A stretch of DNA of 63,940 bases, the filler included, from Reticulomyxa filosa (Eukaryota; Protista; Foraminifera), in assembly GCA_000512085.1 (NCBI GenBank). It is 14 parts of 14 records of this genome, joined end to end, with 100 filler letters (N's around TTAATTAATTAA, not from the genome) between each part and the next. Parts side by side here need not be neighbours in the genome. Positions count along the whole stretch, not along the records: positions 1 to 22,611 come from ASPP01018873.1; 13 more parts are not named here. One strand, written 5' to 3'. The stretch's first letter is position 1; each line of letters opens with the position of its first letter. A program made the position numbers and the translations under genes. Below are positions 1 through 12,000 of this stretch, piece after piece. The notes under the pieces are model-generated. The model worked only from the letters and a program-made list of their open reading frames with translations, did not search any database and was not told the DNA's origin.

Positions 1-1
1 T

Positions 2-345
2 TATGAATCGTGTTGGGTGGAAATTTCATGTCCTGATCAAAAAAAGCCATTTTTATTCTGCAGTTTCTATCGAAGCTTGCAGTGTAATTAATTCTTCCAT
101 TTTTTAGCAATTGGAGGTTGAATTGGATGTGCACTCAAATCATCTCCCACGTTCAATATCAAAACCACTTGGTCATTATCACGAATTGAACGACAAAAGA
201 TTGAGACTTGGAATCTAAGAAGTAATAAATGTGAACAATTTAGATTTAGATTGAAAAGAAATATTATTGATTATATTGTATTGGATAACACAGAGACACT
301 AGACAAAGCAGTTGAATCTTGGACCAAATGTTCAATTCCAAGTGG
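2..345 (+). mobile_element. Degenerate non-LTR retrotransposon (LINE) AP-endonuclease-region fragment
   Basis: Hand translation across stops and frameshifts gives YESCWVEISCPDQKKPFLFCSFYR, then LDVHSNHLP (the SDH-P motif of EEP endonucleases), then ETWNLRSNKCEQF...ETLDKAVESWTK, typical of the region following the LINE endonuclease. Internal deletions are evident. Confidence 0.65.
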
Positions 346-1225
346 TGTATTTTGTCCGAACATGGCTTGCAGTAGAGCCGATTAGGGTAAAAACACCTTG
401 CCTCGGCCGTCCGGATCGCCTTCGCAAGCCTTGTTATCAGCGAGTTGTTTTCGGTTTGCCCGAGGTTCAGTAGAATTTACCCGAACTCGGAGTTCTACCA
501 AACACAAAAGACTGGTATTTGCCTCGAGAATGATAATTTCCCGAAAGCACCGAACACTATTAAGGCTAAACAAGGATCGATACCCTCTCACATAAGTTGC
601 CCGTTGCCAGTTACCAGCAGTTTGCACCTCTAAATGCTGAACCGCCGACGAAACCCTCCAAAAATGAACTGCGACAAAAAACGTTGCCGAAGGGTAACAA
701 AATAGTTTAAAGTCACACTCCAGCCACAATATCACAAAATCCAACTACTATAAAAAAAAAATTTACTAGTTAAAAATTTTATAGTTAGAATTTTCTTTGT
801 TTCTTTCTTGGTCCTGAACTTTCTTGAATACTTTACTTGACTTTCAAAATCTCTTTCAAAAATTAAGATATGTCGAGGTATCTTGATCAAAATTTCTGAT
901 ATTGATATCTCAAAATCTCTTTCAAAAACTTCAAGGTGTCAAAGTATCTGATTATTATTGAGCTTTTCTCCTTTAAAATACAACTTTTTTCACAAAAGTT
1001 AATATGATGATATATATTGTTAAATAAATTTTTTTTAATCTAATTAAGGGCATTACGACAAACATGAAACTTACATTTTAATATTTGATTAATCATTAAA
1101 TATTACATTGTGGAAGATTGATCATTCTCACTTATTGCAAGTTCGTGATCAATGTGATATTCAACAAATCTATAAATTGCCAATTATATATTGTTATAAG
1201 ATATTGATATCATTTAATTTATATA

Positions 1226-1850
1226 ATGTTCCATATATATTTGATCAAATTTAATTCTGGTATTCCTGAAAATGATAAAGTGGATCTTGTTACAAATAAT
1301 GCTCGCAAGAAAGCACAGTCACTTCTTTACATATTAATGGAACAGACTTTAGATTTGTTGATATATAATCACAATGCAGTCATTAGAATTTTTGTGCATT
1401 CTGGAATTTAGCTGTTAATTGTATAAACGAAGATTAAAAACGATTGAAAGATTCTTAATTTATATAATGTTTGTATTTATTGATTATGCAGTATACGATA
1501 TTCTCAGTTTAATAATTCAATTGCCACCATTTGAATTACAAAGAAGATAACATGTTACAGAAGAAAAGTTCCCAAATCATAATTTAACAATATTTATCAG
1601 TTACTGAAACACATTGTAGCAACTGGAAGAACTTTGTTACTTTTTAAGCTTTTCTTTCTATTTGTGGCATGGCTCTTTGGTTCGTGTATTAACTTGCTTT
1701 TGGTGATAAATGGTAAGTGCAAAAATCAATGAGTGTCGGATATATTGACCACTTTTCAATCTTTAAATTTTGAGTGTTTTTGGGTGTATTATGCAGAGTG
1801 CAAATTGTAAGAAACGACGAATCTTTTATTGTATCTTTCATGCAATAATT
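1226..1850 (+). mobile_element. Highly decayed LINE remnant (RNase H-like and C-terminal pieces)
   Basis: NSGIPENDKVDLVTNNARKKA resembles the RNase H HSGIPGNE-AD-LAK-A motif. YDILSLIIQLPPFEL resembles the post-RT linker. A Cys-containing remnant lies near 1790-1830. Many stops. Confidence 0.4.
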
Positions 1851-2181
1851 GATCTTGCGGTCAAATTTATCCTCTTTTATTTAATTTCTTCTTCAGATGT
1901 TTATTACAATAAATTGTTCAAAACAGAGAAGAACGCTCAATTAGGATAGTATTGACAATTGCAACATTAAACACATACACAGATCGTGTATTTGTATTCT
2001 ATTTTGCGATTTATGAAATACACTTTTATGACATGTTTTGTAAAAAAAAGAAATGCCTTGATTCCAACATACGCTCATTTTGATGACATTCTATTTATCA
2101 TTCCTTTACATTTTGTGTTTGTGTCCATTTGATGAATGACTATCGTTCAAATCAGACACGGAGTGTTCATATGTTGTCTTT

Positions 2182-5100
2182 TCACAAAAAAGATGTACAT
2201 ACCGCTGTCATTCGGAATCGAGAAAACGGTTTTCGCATATTTCGAAAGACAGACAATAAACACGCATCCAATGCATCTAGTATCCTTTGTACCAACTCGT
2301 CTGGCATGTTTTCAGAGTTCTTAATTGACTGAGCCTGATAATCTAACAGAGCTTTGTGCGAAGGAGTGATAGTCAAAGTTCCAGGGAACAAAAAAATAGA
2401 GAGGGATCTCATTACTGACCGTCGTTTCGTTTTTGTAATGGTGCCACTCCAAGACTCTCTCGCTTTTGCCAAAATAGATAAATGATGAACTTTTTCGGCT
2501 TCTATGCCGATATTATATTTTGGAGGCTCCAAGGTTTTCTCTTCGTTGGTCCGTAGTAATCCTGAATGAATTGATTTTTCTTTTGGTTCATCTTGAAAAG
2601 ATGCGACTTGTGTAGCAGAAGGTGTTGGTAAATAGATTCTCGAGCCGAATGTGTTTTGACTTTCTTTATTCTGCCTGTTTGTGCTACTATATCCGCGAAC
2701 TGACTCAATATTTTCCATTCCACCTATTTTTTTGTTCTTTGTTTACTAGAGCCCTTTTGCGATGCTTGTGACTCCCACTCAAATATTGACAAAAAAATAG
2801 TCTAACTAAGTTGTAATTCGGCTTCCAAAGGTTCACGATAACGAGGCTGATATGGATTGAGAGTATCATGGAGTGCATTCAGTTGTATCGTTGTGGACGC
2901 GTTTGAGGTTATTACCAAGGGAGTGTTGCGTCTTGATATATTGATTGAAGGATTGATAGAAGTAGAGACGCGGTCGACAGTTTTCTTTGTTCCCAGTTCA
3001 ATATGTCTGCTAATGTTTTTCACAGTGACATTTTCCAATGGAGATACATTGTTGTTGTCATGAGCCGTATCAACTGATAGACGCAAACGCGAATTGTTCT
3101 GCTCGTCCCCGGTTATAACTATCTGAGTGCTGGCAACGCCGCCGTCCTTTTTTTCAACAGTGTCCTCTTCCGCTGCACAACAAAAACACAACAAAATGTC
3201 CGGCGAGAATTTTTCTTCCTCTCCCCCCTCTGTTTTGGTATGTACATACGTATCGTTATAACAGAAGAGGGGAAGGGAGGAGCGAAATGTATTGATTTGT
3301 TTTTTTTTACACACAAGATTGGAGTGTGGACAATGTCGGGGACACCTTGGGCAGTCGAGCCATGTCGTCAGACGTGGTAACGATAGGCACAACGGAATTT
3401 TTGGTAGCGTCAGTTTTGTGGAGATCTCTCAAGGAATTACCAGTATAAAAGGAGGTAACGGAATGAGAATTACGTTGATTGATGACCGTAGATGGATCTA
3501 TATTTTCAGACAATGGCTCAATGCAATCGTATTCCACGTCCAATTCAATGTTAAAATGCTTTGCTACCAATGTGTATGCGTAAGTACAACACAACCTTTC
3601 CTCATAAGAGACATTGATTATGTTGGGTGAGTTTGTGTACTGTCCGTCGTCGATGTACTTTTCATACAACGCCATAAAACGCAGACCACATAACGGATAG
3701 TTTTGAATTATATCTGAATTTGGCAAGTCGTTTGGAATTGGGTATAAAGAAGTTTTCCCTAACATTTGCGGACTGTTGTGTGTTATTATTGTTCCCATTG
3801 GTGTGTGTGTGCTTATTTCATTATTTGGTGTTCAGTTAAGAGTCATGCATCTTAACTATGAGTCAACTAGGCTGCGCTTGAGTTGTAAGCATCTTCAAAA
3901 AGAACATATAGTATCACACAATACAACACATATCTCTCTGCGTTGAATTGTGTATTTGCAATTGTGGTGTTTGTTTCATTTGTGTTTGTTTTCTCATTTG
4001 AGGTTGACAAGGCAAAACTCCATCGCAAATGATAAGTTTTCCACGGCGTACTCACTGTTATTTTGTTGCATTGTTTTGTCCCTTTGGCAAGACAATTAAA
4101 AAAAAAAAAAAGAACTGGACTAAATGGTTCATGAATATCTTAAAGCCAGTTTGATCTTTGATGACCCGAAGCAATTGATATTGTTCGTTCGCGCCTACAT
4201 TGGATTGGCGGGACATCACAATCTGACTACTTCGACTGATCTTGACATCGTCAGACCCGTGATTTATGCTCGTGTGCAATTGCATAGCATTGCCTGCGAT
4301 GGAGTGCTTCGCAGTATCAACAACGACAAGTGTGTCGCGTGGATATTCACTGCTGGTAACTTGCGGGACAGATAGTGTCGATGGGTTGTTGTAATTGTGC
4401 GTAAGGTTTTGTGACACCCCGGACACTTCCGGAGTCTCGGTCCAAGGGTCTGTCTTTTGGATGGGTGGAGGGGACAGCAACGGATTGCTATTGGGGGTAG
4501 TATCGATGCCATTTGTGACAGGATTTGCAGGATACAGCGACAGGGGTGCAAGGGTCGTTTGCACGACCACATGCGAGACACGGACTTCGGATAACAAATG
4601 GACCATCGATGTAGTGCTTTGGTCCATCGTTGTGATCCCACTTGCGGTAGTCATCGTCGTTTGCTTGGACGTATCTTCATATACGCGTGTCCTATTGTCA
4701 ACTATTTGGACTTTTTTTGGATCAGTGTCAGTCGCACTGTTTCTCGAGCTTTTACACAAAAAACTTTTGGATTGCAAATTGTGTTTGTTATAATACATTA
4801 CCCAGGACGTTCCGATGAAAAATATTCCATAGTAGGGAATGCATGGCACTGTCGCCAGCAATGTGTCTCGTAGTTGCCGGTGGTTATTCACGTTTCTTTG
4901 AAAATCTTTGTTGGTAATGTCCGTGGTACCGACCCATGTCAATCCGTATGTAGCAAACGCACCTATCAAACACAACACGTACAGCACTGCTTCCTCACGT
5001 ACGTAGATTATGTCCTCGACGTGCGATATTTCATAGGCTATACCAATCACTAGGATTGTGACTAATGGCACAAATACTATCATGATCAGTCCCATTATCC

Positions 5101-5852
5101 AATATTCGCCATACATCACCAATATACTTTCAACAAATGTATGCGTGTATGTATACAGTGCAAATTTTTTTCAAAAATAAGGACGTGCCGACTGGGGGGG
5201 AAAAAATACAATTGTATACGTTCAAAAGGAAAATAAAAAAAAAAAATGGTCAGCGCAAGAAAGTTAAATGAAATGAACGAAACATGCAAAGAGCTCCAAG
5301 AATTAGCAATAACAGAGACACAAATTTACTGGTGTAATAAATATTGCCAAGCGTCTGTTTATACCGAAGGAAAAAGGCTGGATTTTCCACCTTGTTCATC
5401 AGCCATTTGCTTTCTGCGTCATATCTTTGGTGTTGATTATCGAACATTATGTGCCAAAAACGCAGCAATGTCAGTAATAGTATTACTATCACATTTAGCA
5501 GTTCTGGAATCATTAACTTTGTTCCGTGGCTACCGAGATATATATTTAGGCACGCACGAATTATTAGTGTCACTGTACTGTCAGGAAAAGCGAGAGGGAC
5601 ATTGCACATTTTTTAATTTTGTGTTTGAAAGTGGGTACAACAGCAAAATACAAATATAAAAGGACCTGCATTATTAAACAATATAGCAAAAAACAGCAAC
5701 ACGCTTAGACCAGGTTTTCTTCCTCGGATGAAGTGCTGGTCTCTACTGTCCCAGTAGCGTTTTAGTTCATGGCAACACAATGGGACTAGGACCAGATAGG
5801 TCAATAAAATCCAAACTACAAGAAACCAGTGTGTCCAGTTTAAGTTCAACAT
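2182..5852 (-). CDS. Multi-exon 7TM-RGS protein (GPCR-like transmembrane region plus an RGS domain split by long Ser/Thr-rich insertions)
   Basis: ATG at 5852 (MLNLNWTHWFLVVWILL...YWDSRDQHFIRGRKP). Hydrophobic helices lie in ORFs 5613-5993, 5250-5609 and 4058-5122. RGS motifs: GFKIFMNHLVH|EYAVENLSFAME (joined by GT-AG intron 4055-4115), LYEKYID...INVSYEER, and ILDALDACLLSVFRNMRKPFSRF before the stop at 2182. Confidence 0.75.
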
Positions 5853-6094
5853 TTGCTTTATTACAATGTTCTCACCGCAACTATGCTTTTTGTTTTTACA
5901 AAGTTTCTCCTTACGACTTACACTGACAAAGTTCAAAAAAAAGGCGTTAGCGAAAGATACTGCACAGACGATTTCTCTTTTCTTTTTTTCCAAATAACAT
6001 TAATAATTTATTTTTCATTCTGATTACATTGAATGAAAAAATATGTGTCTGTAAAAAATTGTCCCTCCAAAACACTCCGTTTAAGTAAAAGTTT

Positions 6095-9000
6095 TTAAGA
6101 ACCGAAAGGATTGGTTTGTTGTTGTAAGTCATGCAATAATTGATAGCATTCGTTTAAGTTTGATTGATGCTGCTTTTTCAAACTTTCAAACATTTCTTGC
6201 TGTGGGACCGGGTAGTGTTTGCCTCTTTCTTGGCACTGTGTGTCGGTTTGGACTATTGTCACACCGTTAATTGCAGTATTTGCATTTTTTTTGTTATCAA
6301 CATCAGCAAAATAGTTCATTTGCTGAATTATCAGTTCTAGTCTCACACGTTCATTAACTAATCGTAAGACCACATCTGTCAGTTCATTATGATCTTCATG
6401 TTTCGAAATCCTAACGATACATGAACACGTATGCATTTTTTGTTGTTTGCTTTAATAAAAGAAACAAGAGCAAATGTTGTTGACAATTCTTAACATGTCT
6501 AACAGTTCTTGACCTTTTACGATAGTCACTTGTGCATCTTCATCTTGATACGGTTTTGCGTGTGGTGATAAAAGATCTTGAATTTCGGCCAAAGTGAAGT
6601 CTTTGGCAATGGAGGCAATCTCATTTAGCCCTCCATGGATACCATGTGTTTGCTTCGAATGTGAATTTGACTGCTTGTGCAGCTGATGGATTTGGAGGTG
6701 CAATTTGTTGTTTGTGTCGGACAATTTCTCATGGATTGATCCAAATGCAGCTGACACGATTTGACTTTGACGACTGACCTGAGATTTTTCTTTGACAGCA
6801 TTCTAAATAAGCCACATAACAACAGATATTTGTTAACAAGATTTGTTAGCACTTTTTTTTGTTTATTACCACAAAGAGTCTAAACTTGCTCCTTTGAGGA
6901 CAAAACGGTCACTTTTTTTTGAAGTTTATCAATTTGGGCTTGTAAGTCTTCGTTGGTAGTCTTTTGTTGATGGATTTTTTCTTCATTGAAATCAAGCATT
7001 TTGGACTTACGATTTAAATCCATTTGCAATTGTTTAAGCTTTTCCTTCCATTTCTTTTCATTGTTTTTGCAATCATTTAATATGTCTTCTTTTGTTTCAT
7101 TTTCAGATCCATTACTGTTGCATCTTTTTTTTTTTATATCGTCTCCATTCGCATGAGCGTATATATTTTTGTTTTCTGCTAATTGATCGTATCTCGTCTT
7201 CCACTCTTTGCATATTATTTGTTGTCTCTGGCAATCATTTTTCATACTCCGCAATTTGTTCTGCAGTTCCACGCATTTTGTTTTACTTTCATTTGCTTCG
7301 CTGGTCATATCGGAACAGTTTTTTTTTAGCATCTCAATCAATTGGTCTTTGTGTTTGATTTGGTTTTTCAATTCATTTATTGTCAACACATGGCGTGTAT
7401 CGTTAGCATTATTATTTGTGACGTCTTCGGTAATTACTGGAAGGTCGGTAGAGGTTTTTGTAAGTTTAACTTTTAAAGTTGCAATGTATTGGTTTTTGCG
7501 CGCACAATCACTTTTGTACTTTTTGTACAACTCTTTATGTTTTTGTAGCTCTTCGTCGCAAGAGTTCATTTTTTGAACCATGTCGTCCCTTTCTTTTTTT
7601 GTTGCAACAAGTCTTTCTTCCATGTTTTGGTATTTTTCGTTGCTTTGTATCTCCAAAACTTTTATTTGATCTTTTAGTGCTTCCACTTGAATTTGGTACA
7701 CTGCTAGTTCTTGTGACGTTTCTTGTGTTTTGCGTTGGCTCAATTCTAATGCCTTTTTGCATGCGTTCCACTGCAGTTGTGCTTCGGACAGTCTTATTTC
7801 AAATTCAATTTGTGTTTTTATGTCCATTCCACTTAGTTGTTCCCATTGTTCTTCCCATGATAGTAACTGCGTTTGTTTTTTTGATTTGATGGATATTTCT
7901 TTTGATTTGCAATTGAGTGCTTTTTTTTTGTTTTTTTATTTCTTTTTCACTGTGCTCACTCATAAGGGTATTACTATTATCGCTCTTACAAGACGTTTTT
8001 TCTTTCCAATGGGGTTGACAATTCACTTCTCCAAATTGCTGCTGACCCATTATCAATTGTTCTGCGTGCAATTGTTTCCATTTGTTCATCTCCTTCACTA
8101 ATTGCAACAAATCTTGTTTATGGTTGATTTTTTCTCTCTCTATTTCGCTCTGCATCTCTTCAATCTTTTCGTTAGCTTGTTTCAGTTCCACGTCATATCT
8201 TTCTTGTACTTGTTCCAGCGCCCCCAAATGTTCACCATCTCTGTTTGTGCAAAATGAATTTTTTGAATGACGTATACTTAGAGTAATGAGACGGTTAACT
8301 TTTCTTCAAATGTTTTTTTGTATTTTTGTTTGAGTTCTTCAATCGTATTTGCCATTTGGTGATTAAAATGAAGCAACCTGTCGTTTTCACATTGTAATTT
8401 TGTGATATGAGTTTGAGAGTCGTTCCATTTTTCCTCGTTGCTTCTCTCTTTACTGCGGCACTCTATTTCCAGTTTGTTATATTGTTCGCGCAATCGAGAT
8501 AAAGTTTGCTGTGCTGCTGTAAGCTCAGCTACTTTTTCTTTGCAAATTTTAGTTTTTGCTTCTGCCTCTTGTTTGTGTTGTTGTATTTGTTGAGCGCACT
8601 GCGTATTTTCCATTTTCAACATTTGCAGAGCTTCGTTCAAAGTTTGCTGCTGCAAAGTAGAGCTTTCGAATTGTTTTTGAGCAAGAGCAAGATCGTTTTT
8701 AAGTTTTTCAATGACCTCCTCTTTTTCTTTGAGTTGTTCATCCATTTGATTGAGTTGCTGTGCCAACGTTTCATTTTTTTGACGCAATTCCTCACATTCT
8801 CGTTCAAAAAGTGTTATCTATGTTCGTTTTTGTCCAGCAATATCTTGTTTTTAAAAAAGTCTTATAAACTCTTTGTTTGAGTGGCAATACCTCTTGTTTT
8901 TCAAATGAATGTTCTTTGGTACATTGCAACGGCTTATATGATTTATTTTGTAAATTGTCAATTTGTTCTGTCAAGGTCGTGTTGTTATTTTGTAGACTTT

Positions 9001-12000
9001 GAATTTGTATTTTTTGTTTCAAAAGTTGTTCATTCAATGCAATTATTTCCTCTCGCCAGTTGTCTGCTGTCCTCTTCAATGTTTTAATAGTATCCTCCAA
9101 ACTTTTTATTTTCAGGCTCATTTCCTTCTCTTTTTGAGTATACGTCTCTGGACTTTGCATCACTTCTATTTCACAATCATATAACACGTACACTAATACC
9201 TTTGTTGGTGAATTGCATGATTTATATTTAAAAATGTTTAATGTTCACCTTTGCTTTGCTCAAAACAATTGGAGACAAGTTGTTGTTCCCTTTTGGAGCG
9301 TTGAATGATTTCAGCATTTAAAGTGAGTTGCTGACATTGCGCATTAAACTTACCTTGCAGCTGACGTAGCTCATCCTGTGTTGCACTGAGTTTTTCTTCC
9401 GTTGAACGCTATTTGTGTGTCGAAGACATTCATTGTCACATAGGGTTTAGCTAACACAAAAGTGATCCAAAAAAAATCACATAGTAATTCCAAAGTATGG
9501 AGGATGACACAAGCGTTACTTAACGAAGTGCATACTTTGCTGAAGATGTTTTTCATGAAGAGTTCGATACTCACGAATGACTGGCATTAGGGCATGCTCG
9601 ACATTCCCTAATGAGGAATGAATTTGATCAGAAATTGCAGAGATGTGGATCCATTCTGTCTTTAGCGTTTCTTGAATTTTTTTAAGTCGCAAACTAATGG
9701 TATGATTACTTGCTTTGTGAGTTTGAAGCGATGACTGGTGTAAAAATTTGTCCATTTTTTTTAGATGCGAACTTAATGTTTTGGCCAAAAAGTCAAACTG
9801 CTTTGACAACTGCGTGGCTTGTTCAAGGTTTGTAATGCCACCATGGCCCATTAAATCTGGGATCGAATGTTTCATCTGCGTCAGTAATTGTTGGTTAATT
9901 TCTTCCTTCTTTTTCGTTTCGCTGTCTTTGACGCTTTGGTCTTCGAGCTTGCAAGAAGCTAATTTTTCCGTATACTTAAGAGGTACGTCTTGGCATTTCG
10001 ACCACTCCACTATTCTGTCTACCAATTTCTTTTTGTGTGTGCGCGTCAATTGCAAACAAGTAATTGTTATAAAAGAGGTCATGTGCACACAAAAAAAAGA
10101 ATACCTGTAATTCCTGCAAATCGTACAGGGTATTTACTTTTGTTTGTTCTAATGATAATTTTTTTTTCAAATGTCGAATCTCTGCATCTTTTTTTGTCAT
10201 ATCTAACATTATTTCCTCTATATGAAAAAAATAAGCGACTAAATTGTTTAACGTTAAAATAAAATTTTAAAGTTTGAAAAATAATGCAAGAGGATAGTGT
10301 TTATACCATAATTGTGTGCTCTTGAAGAAGAGCCGACGCAACTTTCATTTAAATGAACGACTTTCTTGGAAGACAAACGTTTGTTTCCAGACTCTCCAGC
10401 TGAGCTACCGATTTTCATTTGCTCTTTTACTTCTTGCATACGCTTTTCTTTGGCTACAATCACTTCCTGTAATTCTGCTTGGTTTTGTGTACAAACGCGT
10501 AACTTTACCAACAACTCACTTTGTTCTTTTCGAGACTTCACCAATTCTTTGGCCAACACTTGGATGACTTGTCTGCTGGAGATGGTTTGTGGGTTGTTGA
10601 TGTTGTCATTGTATACGTTGGGGTACATCAGATGGATGGTTTCTTGCAAATGCTCAACTACCATCTTTTGTGCTTCTTTTTCCTTTTTTTAAAAAAAAAT
10701 TCCATTGTCATTGATCCTTTTGTATCATTTTTTTTTGAATGAATAGAAACTCTTTGTGTGTCTGCCAGTTCAAATTCTAATTGAGAAATCCTCATTTTCA
10801 TTGTTTGTAAATGTGTATTAGTTTTTTGCAACTGATGGGCTTGATTTTCATATAAGGTGGAGATGTCCGTATCTTTTTCTTTTTTATCACACTGATGATT
10901 TTGGGTACAAAGAATTTTGTTTAATTTGTTTGTCAAAGATTGAATCGTGTTTTGATGTTTTTCCACTTGTTTTTTGGACTGTTCATGGACAGTTGAAAGT
11001 TGTTCATTGTAATTTGTAGCCAATTTCTCTCTTTCGTCCATCATTTGCTTTCTGAGGTTATTTAGCTCCTCGTGATATTGTTTGCTTTCATTTTCGTTCC
11101 ATTCTTTCAAATACTTTATTTCTTTTTGAAACAATAGAATTTCTTGTTGCAATGATTGATTAGTGTGTTTATATTCGTTGACTTCTTTTTTCAGTTGCTC
11201 GTTTTCCTTTTCCAATTCTTCAAACTATTTTGTAATGAATAAATGAACAAAATTGATGTGCGTTCCGATGGAAGTGCCACTAAACAAACAATGGTAAGTC
11301 ACTCAACTTTTCTGAAATCTATTTCAGTGAAATTATTATCTGAACATCCACTGGGATGCCATGTCTTCAAAGTACTTTGAGTACTTTGTAGTGATTCTGT
11401 CAACTGCATATTGCTCTCTTTCAAATCTTCTATTTCTTGATACGCTTGTCGCAGTTCGTTGCTGAGGTCTTGTTGAACATATTTCATTGCCATCAATTCA
11501 TTTGCAAATTCAAAGAACTCTTGTGTTGTTGCTTCCACGCAATTTTCGACACTTGCATTAGAGGAAATTGTAACGCGATGGAATTTTTTATTATCTATCA
11601 ATATTTTTAAAAAAAAGAACAAACAACAACAAAAAGGGCTCGTAAAAAAAAATTTGTTTTCTAACTTCTTTTAAGTGGGTCTGAAGATAATCCTTCAATG
11701 TTCTATCTTTATCTTGTAATAGTTCTTTCAACTCTTCTTTGAATCTCTCTCGATATTCTTTTATCTATCAACCAGCAAACAGCACAAACACCTACAGTAA
11801 CGTTTGCTCGCACAGTTTCATGGTATTTTAAAGTATAGTGAAGGAAGAACGCCACAAATAAGCATGCCATCAAACTTGTGAATTTTCTTTGGAGAGTCTG
11901 ATTTTTTCATTAGTCTTGATTATTTCAATATCTTTCTTGTATTCAATTAATTGTGCCTGAAGCAATGCATTTTGGGCCTTTGCTTTGGATAGTTTTTGAT

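Noticed and set aside
745-790. Short palindrome around ACTAGT
   Set aside because: The arms are mostly A/T runs, which is expected by chance at this composition.
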